DNA of 64,000 nt from Candidatus Marinacidobacterales bacterium (lineage in GTDB: Bacteria > Acidobacteriota > Vicinamibacteria > Marinacidobacterales > DATDRI01): contig OZ245365.1 in NCBI GenBank assembly GCA_965226495.1, positions 2,272,001-2,336,000 of the forward strand, written 5' to 3'. Shown in pieces: positions 50,013-59,833 of this stretch. The notes under the pieces are model-generated. The model ran no database searches and had not been told where the DNA came from. It saw nothing but the letters and a program-made list of their open reading frames with translations. Position numbers and translations under genes: made by a program. Positions within the stretch are counted from its first letter, which is position 1; each line of letters opens with the position of its first letter.

Positions 50013-51118
50013 TGGGATTTGACCTCGGTTAAAATATCGTTCAGGACCTCGAGCGCTTGTGGAAAACCGTCGTCACAAGCTCCGAAGCCCAACCGGAAGT
50101 GTGGGGGATAGCCGAAGCAATCTCCGGGGGCCAATAGAACGCCGCGCCCGGCGGCCGCCTTGCACATGCGGCGGGCATCTTCACCACTGACCAGATTAGG
50201 AAATCCAGTCAACCCGCCCTCCGGGCGGACCCAAGCGAGAACATCTTTTTGCTCCTCGAAGAACCTATCGAGGAGTGCGAGATTGGTAGTGGCGACCGCC
50301 TTCGCTTGGGCGAAGAGCCTCTCGCGGTTTCGAACTGCTGTCGCAGCCAGTGCTTCACTCACCGAGCTGTTGCTGATTGTGAAGTAGGCGCGTGAGTGCC
50401 AGTACCGTTCTCTGCGTGCCTCGTCCCGTTCGACGAACCAGCCGACGCGGAGACCGCTGAGGCTAAACGCCTTGGAGAAGTCGCCGAGGATCGTGGCATG
50501 GGGGAGCACCGTGGCAGAAGGGAAGTCGGCGTTGAAGTAGATGGGATGGTAGACCTGGTCGACGACGAATTGGACGTCCCGATCGGCGACGAAGTCATGG
50601 AGCTCACGCAACGTCTCCGGTGTGGCGATCGCACCGGTTGGATTGTGTGGGGAGTTCACAAGAAGTAGCTTCGTATTGTCGTCCACTAAACGCTTCACTT
50701 CATCGACATCGATCCGGAAGTCGTTCTCGGGTCGGAGCTCGTACGTTCGGGCCTCGACCCCCAGTGCTCTCGCAAGCTCGGTGAACGTAGGGAAACAGGG
50801 GCTCGGCACAACGATATTGGCGTCGGGCTCTGCGGCCATGAAGAAAAGGATGTGGAGCGCTTCGGAGGCCCCGGTTACGATTTGGATGTCTTCAGGTTGG
50901 ACACCCTCCATTTCTGCTAGCGCCTCCCTTAGCGGTTCGGTGCCATCGGCAGATGTGTAGGACACCGGCCCGTCTAGGAAACGTTGTTTCTCGCTGGGCG
51001 TCATGAGCTCCAGGAGTCCTCTTACCGTCCAAGCCGGTCCTGTACTCGCCGCTAGGTTGTAAGGAACGTGTTCGTACTCCTCGAGCCATTGATCTAAGAG
51101 AAAGGGTTTGACTTGCAT
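50009..51118 (-). CDS. Aminotransferase class I/II (PLP)
   Basis: NSPHNPTG, DQVY, SKAFSLSGLRVGW, FRLGFG. Confidence 0.92.
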   Translation of the reverse strand: MQVKPFLLDQWLEEYEHVPYNLAASTGPAWTVRGLLELMTPSEKQRFLDGPVSYTSADGTEPLREALAEMEGVQPEDIQIVTGASEALHILFFMAAEPDANIVVPSPCFPTFTELARALGVEARTYELRPENDFRIDVDEVKRLVDDNTKLLLVNSPHNPTGAIATPETLRELHDFVADRDVQFVVDQVYHPIYFNADFPSATVLPHATILGDFSKAFSLSGLRVGWFVERDEARRERYWHSRAYFTISNSSVSEALAATAVRNRERLFAQAKAVATTNLALLDRFFEEQKDVLAWVRPEGGLTGFPNLVSGEDARRMCKAAAGRGVLLAPGDCFGYPPHFRLGFGACDDGFPQALEVLNDILTEVKSH

Positions 51119-51221
51119 TCGTGTTCTCCCAAACTTTAATTCAATATTTTGATTTCCTTTACGCTCCCTCAATTCGGCATTATAACGAACTCGGACCCCT
51201 CAGCCCGAGCGCAGCGCGAGC

Positions 51222-51251
51222 GACCCGACTTCGCCAAGGCTTCGTCGGGTC
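51222..51251. repeat. REP-like imperfect palindrome
   Basis: GACCCGAC-ttc-GCC-aa-GGC-ttc-GTCGGGTC. Confidence 0.55.
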
Positions 51252-51523
51252 CGTTTTTGTATTCGCATTGGTGGTTCCCACGGGCATGGCCCGCTCGATG
51301 GCCTCGGAAGGAATGTATCGCGACCTGGCCGGTTTTCGCGTGTTGATGAACAGGTAGTTTCTCGCCTGAATAGGACCGGCCCCAGCCGGTGGCTTCGCTT
51401 GCCTGGACGAGGTCGATGGTTTACTTGTCCCCGAGACTCCTGTCTTATACTGCAATGCGCGCTCGGAAAAGCAATTCTTGCTTTTCGGTTCATGAGGCCA
51501 TAGATTTGTCACCGCGATGACCC

Positions 51524-51571
51524 ATGCCTCTAAGTCCGGGAACTCGGCTCGGCCCGTACGAAATCCTCTGA
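51524..51571 (+). pseudogene. 15-codon Ser/Thr kinase 5' stub
   Basis: MPLSPGTRLGPYEIL* matches the starts of the array kinases. Confidence 0.75.
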
Positions 51572-51605
51572 ACTAGGGGCGATTTTGAAACGGCTTCAGT
51601 AAAAA

Positions 51606-53231
51606 ATGAGGGGTGGACCTGCATTGCTCGTCCCGCTATTGCTGGCGAGCGTCGTCTCTGCCGGGCAGCCGGATTCCCGCACCGGTCAGGTCAACGCCCT
51701 CTTCAAGAATTACGACCGGGCCGATGTCCCCGGCTGCGGGTTGGGTATCATCCAGGACGGCCGCTTCATCTACCAACGTGGGTACGGGATGGCGAATTTG
51801 GACTACGGCATTCCAATTCTGCCGCAGACCGTGTTTCGCCTCGGGTCAGTCTCGAAGCAGTTTGCCGCGATGGCAATTGCCTTGGCCGCAGCGGATGGGA
51901 AGCTTTCCCTGGACGACGACGTACAAAAGCATCTTCCCGAGCTCAAGAATCTTTCCGCCCCAGTAACCATCCGCCACATGCTGTACCACACGAGTGGGAT
52001 CCGGGACTATTTGGACCTCATGGATGTCGCAGGTATTCGGTCGGAGGATGACTACTACACGGTGGAGGACGCCTTCGCGATGATTGCCCGGCAAAGGCAT
52101 CTCAACTTTCCGCCGGGAGACGAGTATCTGTACAGCAATTCCGGTTACTTTCTGATTTCCCAGATCATTCCTCGGGTGACCGGAAAGAGTCTGCGCGAGT
52201 GGGCCAGCGAAAAAATCTTCAAGCCTTTGGGAATGAACAACACACAGTTCCTCGACGACCTCCGGATGGTTGTGCCGAACCGGGCGACCGGGTATCGACG
52301 CACCAAGGGTGGTGGTTTCGAAATCGATGTTTCGAAACTGGATCTGGTCGGCGACGACGGGGTGTTTTCCACTGTGGATGATCTCCTCCTTTGGGATCAG
52401 AACCTTTACGAAAACAGGCTGGGTGGGGCGGCGGTGCTGAAGGAGATGTTGACGCCGGGTGTACTGAACGACGGGGTCACTCAGGAATATGCGCTTGGTT
52501 TGGACGTAAGCACGTACCGCGGGCTGAATACGGTGGGGCACGACGGTTCTTGGGTCGGCTACCGCGCCGGCATCCTGCAATTTCCGGAACAGGAGTTCTC
52601 GGTAGTGTGCCTCTGCAACCGGAGTGACGCTGAACCGATGGACTTGGCTCGAAGGACTGCCGACATCTACTTAGACGAGCACATGGAATCGCAACCCGTG
52701 TCGGCAGGGCTGCCGATTGAGGTGGGGCGCGTCGGGGAGTACTGGGGCGAGCGGACGGGAGAGTTCGTTGAGGTTGCGAACGAAGAGGAAGGACCCGTGT
52801 TGAAGATCGACGGAGACTCCTACCGACTGTTGGGACGAGGTGAGAACCGATTCCGTGCCGTTTCCGGCTTGGACGAAGCGGACGTCGTTTTCGACGCGAA
52901 CCATCGGATGACGGTACAGGACCGAGGCCAGCGGCCTTTCGAGTTCGAGCCTCTTCGCGATCTTCCGCCCCCCGCGTCTGATCTAAAGGCGTACCAGGGT
53001 TCTTATTATTGCGACGAGGTCGAGGCCACTTACCAGGTTCAACTATCGGAAGAGGGGAAACTGACTTTGGCAGGCCTGGTCTTGGACGATCCAGCGCTCG
53101 AACCCATGTTTCGGGATGGTTTCCGTTGGGAGTGGGGAAGTATTGTCTTCCAGAGAGACGCCCGCGAAGACGCCTCGGGATTTCGTCTAAGCATGGGGCG
53201 AGCCCGGAACTTCCGATTTGTAAGGAAATAG
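51606..53231 (+). CDS. Serine hydrolase (beta-lactamase class C / D-aminopeptidase-like)
   Basis: SVSK, YSN, HDG motifs; signal peptide. Confidence 0.9.
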   Translation: MRGGPALLVPLLLASVVSAGQPDSRTGQVNALFKNYDRADVPGCGLGIIQDGRFIYQRGYGMANLDYGIPILPQTVFRLGSVSKQFAAMAIALAAADGKLSLDDDVQKHLPELKNLSAPVTIRHMLYHTSGIRDYLDLMDVAGIRSEDDYYTVEDAFAMIARQRHLNFPPGDEYLYSNSGYFLISQIIPRVTGKSLREWASEKIFKPLGMNNTQFLDDLRMVVPNRATGYRRTKGGGFEIDVSKLDLVGDDGVFSTVDDLLLWDQNLYENRLGGAAVLKEMLTPGVLNDGVTQEYALGLDVSTYRGLNTVGHDGSWVGYRAGILQFPEQEFSVVCLCNRSDAEPMDLARRTADIYLDEHMESQPVSAGLPIEVGRVGEYWGERTGEFVEVANEEEGPVLKIDGDSYRLLGRGENRFRAVSGLDEADVVFDANHRMTVQDRGQRPFEFEPLRDLPPPASDLKAYQGSYYCDEVEATYQVQLSEEGKLTLAGLVLDDPALEPMFRDGFRWEWGSIVFQRDAREDASGFRLSMGRARNFRFVRK

Positions 53232-54268
53232 ACCGGTGCCGGCTCGCGAGCCGAGTCGCCTTTGCGTTTGTACCGCGCCATCACGTCCTTACCGTAGTCG
53301 CACTCGGCCAGATACTGGTTGTGAGCGTGGCACATCAAATAGATATTCTCTGGCCTGTGGTCGCCGCCACGACCAAATGGCTCCCGGTGGTGAAACTGGA
53401 GCCCTCCGCGATCGTTGCACCGTTTGCCTCGTACGTCGATAAACGTGCACTGGTCCCCGTCACGCTCCCGCACCGCCCGCTTCACCGCAGCCGGGATGTG
53501 GCGTGACGATGGCGATGAATCGGTCTGTTCAAGATTCTTTCTTGGGGCCTTCGTCTTCCCAAAGCGCTTCGATTCGAGCCGCTCGAGCTTCTCGGTCACG
53601 GCCTCTTCTATGATCGCCGTCAGATCGCCGTCGGGAACTGAGCAGCGCATCAGCATCTGGAGTCGCTCAAGCTTTGCGTGAAGCTCGGCGCTCGCGGTGA
53701 ACTGAATTTTGTAGCGGGCAGGTGCTAGGGGCTGCACCACGGCGGGCTTGGCCGGAGCCGGTGACGGTCGAGCAACTCGGTCCGGACCGAGTTCAAGGGC
53801 TGGCGTTGGTCTCGTTTTCTCCTGACGTTCTGGCAGCTTGCGCATCGTCGCCTGGACATCTGGCTTGGGAGAAAGCTCGGCCACCAGCTCCTCGATTTCC
53901 CTTTTGGACTTGTGCGCTGCTCGGGCCAGCAGCGTCTGTCGATTAGCCTCGGTGAGGTGTGGTGCAAGCTTGGCGATGGCGCTCAAGTGAAGCCGTCCAT
54001 CGCCGAGCATCTCTAGCAGGACAGCGTGTTTCCGGGACGCGCGCGCCGCTGCGATGCGCAGATAGGCTTCGTGCTCCGACAGATGCAATACCTCAGTGCA
54101 GTACGAAAACATCGAAGGACAGGCCTCTCGAGCATACAGTCGCCGCTCGTCCACTTCGCCAATGTGTGCGACCAACTCTGACTCGACACACCTGGATTTC
54201 TTTAGAAGTTCGGACAGGCTGCGGAGTAGCCCATCATCCGAAAGCGATTTAAGTAAGTCGTCAAGCAT
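53039..54268 (-). CDS. DUF222-like domain + HNH endonuclease
   Basis: LVAHIGEVDERRLY..ACPSMF.YC; RHIPAAVKRAV.ERDG.QC..C...FHH..P...GG...NI..C.AHN. Confidence 0.85.
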   Translation of the reverse strand: MLDDLLKSLSDDGLLRSLSELLKKSRCVESELVAHIGEVDERRLYAREACPSMFSYCTEVLHLSEHEAYLRIAAARASRKHAVLLEMLGDGRLHLSAIAKLAPHLTEANRQTLLARAAHKSKREIEELVAELSPKPDVQATMRKLPERQEKTRPTPALELGPDRVARPSPAPAKPAVVQPLAPARYKIQFTASAELHAKLERLQMLMRCSVPDGDLTAIIEEAVTEKLERLESKRFGKTKAPRKNLEQTDSSPSSRHIPAAVKRAVRERDGDQCTFIDVRGKRCNDRGGLQFHHREPFGRGGDHRPENIYLMCHAHNQYLAECDYGKDVMARYKRKGDSAREPAPVYFLTNRKFRARPMLRRNPEASSRASLWKTILPHSQRKPSRNMGSSAGSSKTRPAKVSFPSSDS

Positions 54269-54543
54269 GACTCGTTCCCCCTCACAACTAATATAGCAAC
54301 ACGTTTTTCTTGGGCGTGAGACGACACAGACTGGGAAGACATGTGCTCAGACAAGCTTCTTGTCTCGAAAGTACCAGGCAGTGATCAGAGGGGCAATGGT
54401 AGGTTCTCAAGTAGGATTTGGAAGGCGGCAACCAAGAACCGGAATGGGCTCGCCAAATCCTGTCAAGGGGAAATTTCTCTTTTTTTTTGCTCTAGTGATT
54501 CACGCTTGAGTGACATGTCGCAACTGCAGAGTCGTTTTCTCAC

Positions 54544-55779
54544 TTACCTAACGACTTCGCTGACGACTTCTCCATCGATCACGGTGCCCACACAGTGGCT
54601 GGTGTACTCGAAGGGGTCTCCGTCGTAAAGCGCGACGTCGCCATCCTTGCCAGCTTCGAGCGACCCCACCCGATCGTCGATCCCCAAGAGGCGAGCGGCA
54701 TCGACCGTGATGGAGGCGAGAGCATCCTCGAACGACAGTCCATTGGCAGCGGCGAGAGCGGCTTCGAAGAGAACGACGCGGGTCTTGGGTACATAAGCCT
54801 CATAGCCGCTTTGTAGGGCGAAAGGAATGTCTGCCGCCTTAAGGCGAGACGCCGCCTCCATGGTGAGGTTCTCGGTCTCCCCGCCCGAACGATACATCGT
54901 GGGATGCAAGATCACCGGATATCCAGAAGCCCTGATCTGGTCGGTGACCAAGTAACTTTCTGCAGCGCCGTCCAAGACCAGTCGAATGTCGAACTCCTTC
55001 GCAAGGCGGATGGCGGTCAAAATATCCTGAGAGCGTTGGGCGGTCACGAGAAGGGGAAGCTCGTGATTGAGCATTTTGGCGAAGACTTCAAGCCTGAGGT
55101 CGCGGTCGGGTTTGTCCTCCTCCTCGTCGCTCGTGGTTTTGTCGAGGTAGTCCTGCGCCTTGATGAATTCGGTTCGCAGCATCGCAACCATCTTGGCGCG
55201 CGTTCCGGGTGGCTTCTCCTTTTCAGCCCGGGCGCTGTCGCCCAGTGTGGCCGCCACCATCGCCTCGGGAACGAGAACGGCTTCGTCGACGTTGTTGCCC
55301 CGAGTCTTGACGATCATCGTCCGTCCGGAGATGAGGGCTCCCGGGGAATGCCCGGTGTGCATCGTCGTGATGCCGAACTCACGAAGCCACTCCACCAGTG
55401 GCTCCCGTGCGTCGTAAGCGTCCATCGCATTCAGCTCGGGTTGCATGGGCGCGGAGGCTTCCAGCTGCTCTTGGTCGTTGGGCTGGTTGAGGTAACCCGC
55501 GATGCCCACGACGGTGTGCGCGTCGATCAGGCCCGGTGTGACGACCTTGGCGGTTAGAACCCGGAATCCGTTTGGTATCGTGACACTAGAGGCAGGACCT
55601 ACGCGCTCGATCCTGCCGTCGCGGATCAGCACAACACCGTCCGCGATGGAAGGGCCGGCCATCGTATAGACCGTCTCCCCCCGGACCGCGACTTGAGCCC
55701 CTTGAATCTGTAGAGTCGAAGAGAAAAAGAGGGTGAGGGTCAAAGCCTGCAACAGAACTCCGCCATGGCTTCGCATCAT
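54544..55779 (-). CDS. Amidohydrolase family protein (subunit B-like)
   Basis: PGLIDAH, VGSLEAGKDGD...GDP. Confidence 0.9.
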   Translation of the reverse strand: MMRSHGGVLLQALTLTLFFSSTLQIQGAQVAVRGETVYTMAGPSIADGVVLIRDGRIERVGPASSVTIPNGFRVLTAKVVTPGLIDAHTVVGIAGYLNQPNDQEQLEASAPMQPELNAMDAYDAREPLVEWLREFGITTMHTGHSPGALISGRTMIVKTRGNNVDEAVLVPEAMVAATLGDSARAEKEKPPGTRAKMVAMLRTEFIKAQDYLDKTTSDEEEDKPDRDLRLEVFAKMLNHELPLLVTAQRSQDILTAIRLAKEFDIRLVLDGAAESYLVTDQIRASGYPVILHPTMYRSGGETENLTMEAASRLKAADIPFALQSGYEAYVPKTRVVLFEAALAAANGLSFEDALASITVDAARLLGIDDRVGSLEAGKDGDVALYDGDPFEYTSHCVGTVIDGEVVSEVVR

Positions 55780-57104
55780 CGCCCCTCGTCCAAGAGCTCT
55801 TGGAATACGAGCGGTTGATCGTGGCCGGCCCCGTAGCCACCCACGGCGTATAAGCGATCTTGGGGAATGTCACGGTCGAAGACCTTGTCGCCCTCCACCC
55901 ATGTTTGTAAGACCTTGGTGTACACACTAAGCGGATCTCCCGAAAGGATGACGAAATCGGCGTCCTTGCCTGGTTCGAGAGATCCGACGCGGTCCTCGAG
56001 CTCTAACATTCTGGCTCCCGCCATGGTGAGTCCGTAGATGGCTCCGGCGCGCGTCATTCCCGCCCTTACTGAGAGACCCGCGCAACGCAAAAACAGTCGA
56101 GAATCGGAGATAGCGTCATCGGTATGAAAACCCACGAGGACTCCCGCTTGCTCGAGGGCGGCGCCGTTTCCCTGCGAGAATTGTGCGTCCTTAGCTTCGA
56201 TCTTTCCTCCCGGGCTGTCGATCGTAATGATCGAGACCGGCGCCCCCGCCGCCGCAATTTCATCGGCGACTTTGTGTGCGTCGCTCGCGTGTTGGAGAAC
56301 GACGCGGAATCCGAACTCCTCGGCGAGCCTCAGGACAGTCAGGATGTCATCGTAGCGGTGAGTGTGATGGTGCACCATCCGCTTCCCGTCGAGGATCTCG
56401 ACCAGAGCCTCCATGCGTAGGTCGCGCGGCGGCATTTTGTCCGGATCGCCGTCGGCGCGACGCATCTTGTCGCGATACTCCTGAGCCTTGACGTACTGTT
56501 CCCGTACGAGTGCCGCGGACTTGGCTCTTGTGCCGGGAAAAGGAGGATCCCTTCGCGAATTAGTTCCGTTTGCCATCTTCATTCCGGATGCGATGGTTCC
56601 ATCTTCGTTCGTGATGAGAAAGTCGTCGATGACCCGGCCTTCGCGAAGCTTGAGATAGAGAGTTTGACCGCTCATCAGGTGCCCAGACCCCGGCATGACG
56701 TTGACGGTAGTGATCCCACCGGCCTGGGCTTTTTGAACACGAGCATCGCGCATGTTGAGCGAATCGAGCACGCGGGTGTCTGGCTGGATCGGTGCGCTTC
56801 GATCGGCGCCTCGTGGTCCGGCGATGTGGCTATGGGTATCGATTAACCCCGGCATGATGACCAGTCCTTCAACATCGTGTCGCTCCGCGTTCGAGGGAAT
56901 GTCGACCGAGCCGGTAGGGCCGACCGCGACGATCTTGCCTTCCTCGATGACGAGAACGCCGTCTTCGATCTCGATGCTTCCATCCGGGCTCACCGGGATG
57001 ATGCGCCCGCCGACGAAGGCTTGAGGCCTGTCTTGGGCGAGGGCGGGCCTTGCCAGCAGGAGTGGCGCGCCAAGGAACAACAAGATGGTGGTTTGTCTCA
57101 ACAA
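55776..57104 (-). CDS. Amidohydrolase family protein (subunit A-like)
   Basis: PGLIDTHSH, HHHTH, FHTD, GSLEPGKDAD. Confidence 0.9.
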   Translation of the reverse strand: MLRQTTILLFLGAPLLLARPALAQDRPQAFVGGRIIPVSPDGSIEIEDGVLVIEEGKIVAVGPTGSVDIPSNAERHDVEGLVIMPGLIDTHSHIAGPRGADRSAPIQPDTRVLDSLNMRDARVQKAQAGGITTVNVMPGSGHLMSGQTLYLKLREGRVIDDFLITNEDGTIASGMKMANGTNSRRDPPFPGTRAKSAALVREQYVKAQEYRDKMRRADGDPDKMPPRDLRMEALVEILDGKRMVHHHTHRYDDILTVLRLAEEFGFRVVLQHASDAHKVADEIAAAGAPVSIITIDSPGGKIEAKDAQFSQGNGAALEQAGVLVGFHTDDAISDSRLFLRCAGLSVRAGMTRAGAIYGLTMAGARMLELEDRVGSLEPGKDADFVILSGDPLSVYTKVLQTWVEGDKVFDRDIPQDRLYAVGGYGAGHDQPLVFQELLDEGR

Positions 57105-57126
57105 ATCCTACCTCCTCATTTCATAG

Positions 57127-58107
57127 TCAACGACAGAGTCTCTTCATGAAGCTATCTTCGTGACCCTTATGTTCAGTCCACATGATCGTGGCTTTGAGCT
57201 GAGCGCAAAAGTACGGGTTGAGTGCGGCCCCTCTCATGAGCTCGGAGAGAGCGGTTTCCTTGTCGCCGGCGGAGTAGGCGAGGAGGCCTAAGTTGAGATG
57301 GGTGTTAGGGCCGTCCGGCCAGAGCTCCACCGCGCGCTCCGCCTGTGCAAGGGCTCCCTTCACGTCTTTCACGCGAGCCAAGCGGCGACTCTCCGACACG
57401 GCACTCATCGAAAGCTGGATATTTAGAAGCCGACGTAGTTCGAGGATCGGCATCGGATGATCGTCGACGTGTAGTCGCACCGCGACATCGTTGTTGGTAT
57501 TGCGGCCACCATCTTTTTCAACAACCAAGAGCGCCGCCGACTGGCGGCCCCTCCGGTCGCCTCCCGCAGCCTGGCCGCCTTCGAGCGCGGCGAGCAATCG
57601 CTCGGCGAGGCTGCCAGTGGAATTCTCGAACACTTCTGCCATCTGCTCGACGACTTCCGGGCCGGCCAAAATGTTGCCTTGGGCCGAATAGTCCTTACCC
57701 TTCTTGTGTCCCGCCCAGTCGGAGGCCTCTGGGCCGGTGAACACCGCGACGTTGCCTTTGGGGTCGACGATGGCGACTTGGCGTCCATCCTTACCGGGGA
57801 ACGTGTCCTCTGCCAATAGGCGCTCCAGTACTTCGTCGGCGGTCAGTCCTTCTCTGAGAAGCGCCATACCTTGCGGCCCATAGCCGACATTCACATTTGC
57901 CTGGGTGGCGATGACTCCGATGTCGGCCTCTCCCCAGGGCACAACGGCACCCACCGCGAAGTAGCGGGACTGCACCGCGCAACCCATGGCACGGGTCTCC
58001 GGATCTATCGCAACGATCGAAAATGTCGCGACGACATCCTCTTCCGCTGGGGCGTTGGTTGCGGCGAGCAACAAACCGAGAGCCGTCGAGCTAAGCAGTC
58101 TGCTCAT
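57127..58107 (-). CDS. DUF1028 (Ntn-hydrolase-like) protein with C-terminal TPR
   Basis: TFSIVA.D, IATQA, QGNILAG, GGDRRGRQSAAL, VDDH..P. Confidence 0.9.
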   Translation of the reverse strand: MSRLLSSTALGLLLAATNAPAEEDVVATFSIVAIDPETRAMGCAVQSRYFAVGAVVPWGEADIGVIATQANVNVGYGPQGMALLREGLTADEVLERLLAEDTFPGKDGRQVAIVDPKGNVAVFTGPEASDWAGHKKGKDYSAQGNILAGPEVVEQMAEVFENSTGSLAERLLAALEGGQAAGGDRRGRQSAALLVVEKDGGRNTNNDVAVRLHVDDHPMPILELRRLLNIQLSMSAVSESRRLARVKDVKGALAQAERAVELWPDGPNTHLNLGLLAYSAGDKETALSELMRGAALNPYFCAQLKATIMWTEHKGHEDSFMKRLCR

Positions 58108-58133
58108 TTGCGTTCCTCTTCTTGTGCGCCGGG

Positions 58134-58394
58134 CTATGCCGAGGCCAAGCGGTTATAAACCCACGCCAAGACCGCTCCCGCGAACGCTCCGTCCAAGGCC
58201 CCATAGAGAGTGCCGACGATGACCTGGCCGAAGCTGGCAGCCGCTTCGTAGCCCGGATAGAGTGAGGCGGCTACATCTAGGAAGGCCTGACCGTAGCCGG
58301 GCCAGATGAGGTTGGCCAAGCCTGTCAGGAACAGGGCGAGTCCGCCCCAGCCGATGGCTCCGGTGAGAGCCATAGCTCTAATATCGAGTTTCAT
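58134..58394 (-). CDS. Small two-TM membrane protein
   Basis: MKLDIRAMAL...SLYPGY...DG...AWVYNRL; AAGGAGG RBS. Confidence 0.7.
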   Translation of the reverse strand: MKLDIRAMALTGAIGWGGLALFLTGLANLIWPGYGQAFLDVAASLYPGYEAAASFGQVIVGTLYGALDGAFAGAVLAWVYNRLASA

Positions 58395-58429
58395 GATTAC
58401 GCCTCCTTGTGATGACCTCTGTCGTCATG

Positions 58430-58876
58430 TTAGGCCGAGCCCTTAGCTACAATTCGAAAGACCGGATGCTTAGCGGCCTCGGCGACGAAGGCATCTTGTG
58501 GTGAATCGGGGGTGACGTCGAAGTAAGGTCGTGTAATCGGGGTGGTGCGGATGTACTCTTTCAAAATGGGCGCGGCCGTCTCCGCGTCTGCTTCCTCGAG
58601 GTATACCGTTTCGTCTCGGACCCCGCGCCGAATTCGAGCCTCTCCTCCCCCAGCATGGACGTTCTTCACCCACCCCCGCTCGCCGTACGGTGAGACGATC
58701 CAGCGCTCATTGTTAAACTCCATCACGTTGACAGGCGTGCTGCGGGGACTTCCCGATTTCCGGCCCGTGGTGGTCAAGACGTGCAGAACCTTCGGACCGA
58801 AACCTAACTTAACGAGCGGGCTCATGAGCGAATTGATGAATCGGAGTGATCGGCTGAGTTCGTATTTTCGCGCCAT
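58430..58876 (-). CDS. Nitroreductase-family deazaflavin (F420)-dependent oxidoreductase (Ddn-like)
   Basis: LTTTGRKSG.PRSTPV, WVKN, HPVFR. Confidence 0.85.
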   Translation of the reverse strand: MARKYELSRSLRFINSLMSPLVKLGFGPKVLHVLTTTGRKSGSPRSTPVNVMEFNNERWIVSPYGERGWVKNVHAGGGEARIRRGVRDETVYLEEADAETAAPILKEYIRTTPITRPYFDVTPDSPQDAFVAEAAKHPVFRIVAKGSA

Positions 58877-58985
58877 CTCACTAGTAGTAAGAAGAGGGCC
58901 TACTCTACCCTCAGTTGATGCCGTATCTCAACGTCCATAAGAGGGCGATTTGACGTCGGACCTCAGGGTGTAGAATAGAGTCGTC

Positions 58986-59816
58986 GTGCACATCGTAGCC
59001 TCGTTAGCGTTGATGGCACTCGCCGCTGGTGGCGATCGGTCGCTGGATCAGACTTCTCAGCTGTCGCTCTGGTATCAATCGGTGGGTGCGCCGCTGCCCC
59101 ATGAAGGCTTCGGCGAGTTCCTGAGCCGAGTCGCTCGAACCCGAGTCGACACCCCTTACGACCGTTCTCCCGAAATGGGAGCTGAGGAAATCCTCCGTGC
59201 CGGGCTGCGGCGTTTCGAGTGCGTGTCGTTCATCGAGAGCAGTCTCGGTGTCGCTCGCTGTGCGTGGCGCGGACAGTCCACCGAAGGTTGCTTCGTGTGG
59301 GAACTGCTAGGGCTTCGCTACCGAAGCGGGATGATGTCCAATTACGCGTCGCGTCTTCATTATTTCGTCGACTGGCTCGGGGATAACCGGGGGCGATGGC
59401 GTTTGCAGAACGTTACCAAGGAGCTCGGGGGAACGCCCGTCACGCGTAACTTCTTCTACTTGACGCGGCGTGCCGCTTTGATCCCCGCCCTGTCGTCGCC
59501 GTCAGAGCGAAAGGCGATCGCTGACATCGAAGCTCGTTTGAGCTCACGGTCTCAGGTTGTCGTGGGGCGCAACCGCATCGGACAAGCGGCCGCGGGCCTG
59601 CGGGATGGAGACATCGTTGCGATCACGGGCAGCAAGCCGGGGCGACTTGTCACCCACGCTGGCTTCGTTTCTAGGAGCGAGGACGGTATTGCTCATTTGG
59701 TTCATGCTTCGAGCTACCACGACCGGGTGGTAATAACGCGGCGGGATGTATCGGATTACGTGCTGCGAAGGCCGGAGCGCCGGGGCTTGATCATCGCACG
59801 ACCGCTCGCACCCTGA
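58986..59816 (+). CDS. DUF1460 / AmiA-like N-acetylmuramoyl-L-alanine amidase
   Basis: TPY, FECVSFIE, RLHYF.DW, GDIV, THAG, HAS. Confidence 0.8.
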   Translation: MHIVASLALMALAAGGDRSLDQTSQLSLWYQSVGAPLPHEGFGEFLSRVARTRVDTPYDRSPEMGAEEILRAGLRRFECVSFIESSLGVARCAWRGQSTEGCFVWELLGLRYRSGMMSNYASRLHYFVDWLGDNRGRWRLQNVTKELGGTPVTRNFFYLTRRAALIPALSSPSERKAIADIEARLSSRSQVVVGRNRIGQAAAGLRDGDIVAITGSKPGRLVTHAGFVSRSEDGIAHLVHASSYHDRVVITRRDVSDYVLRRPERRGLIIARPLAP

Positions 59817-59833
59817 AAGAAAAGGCATCTGTT

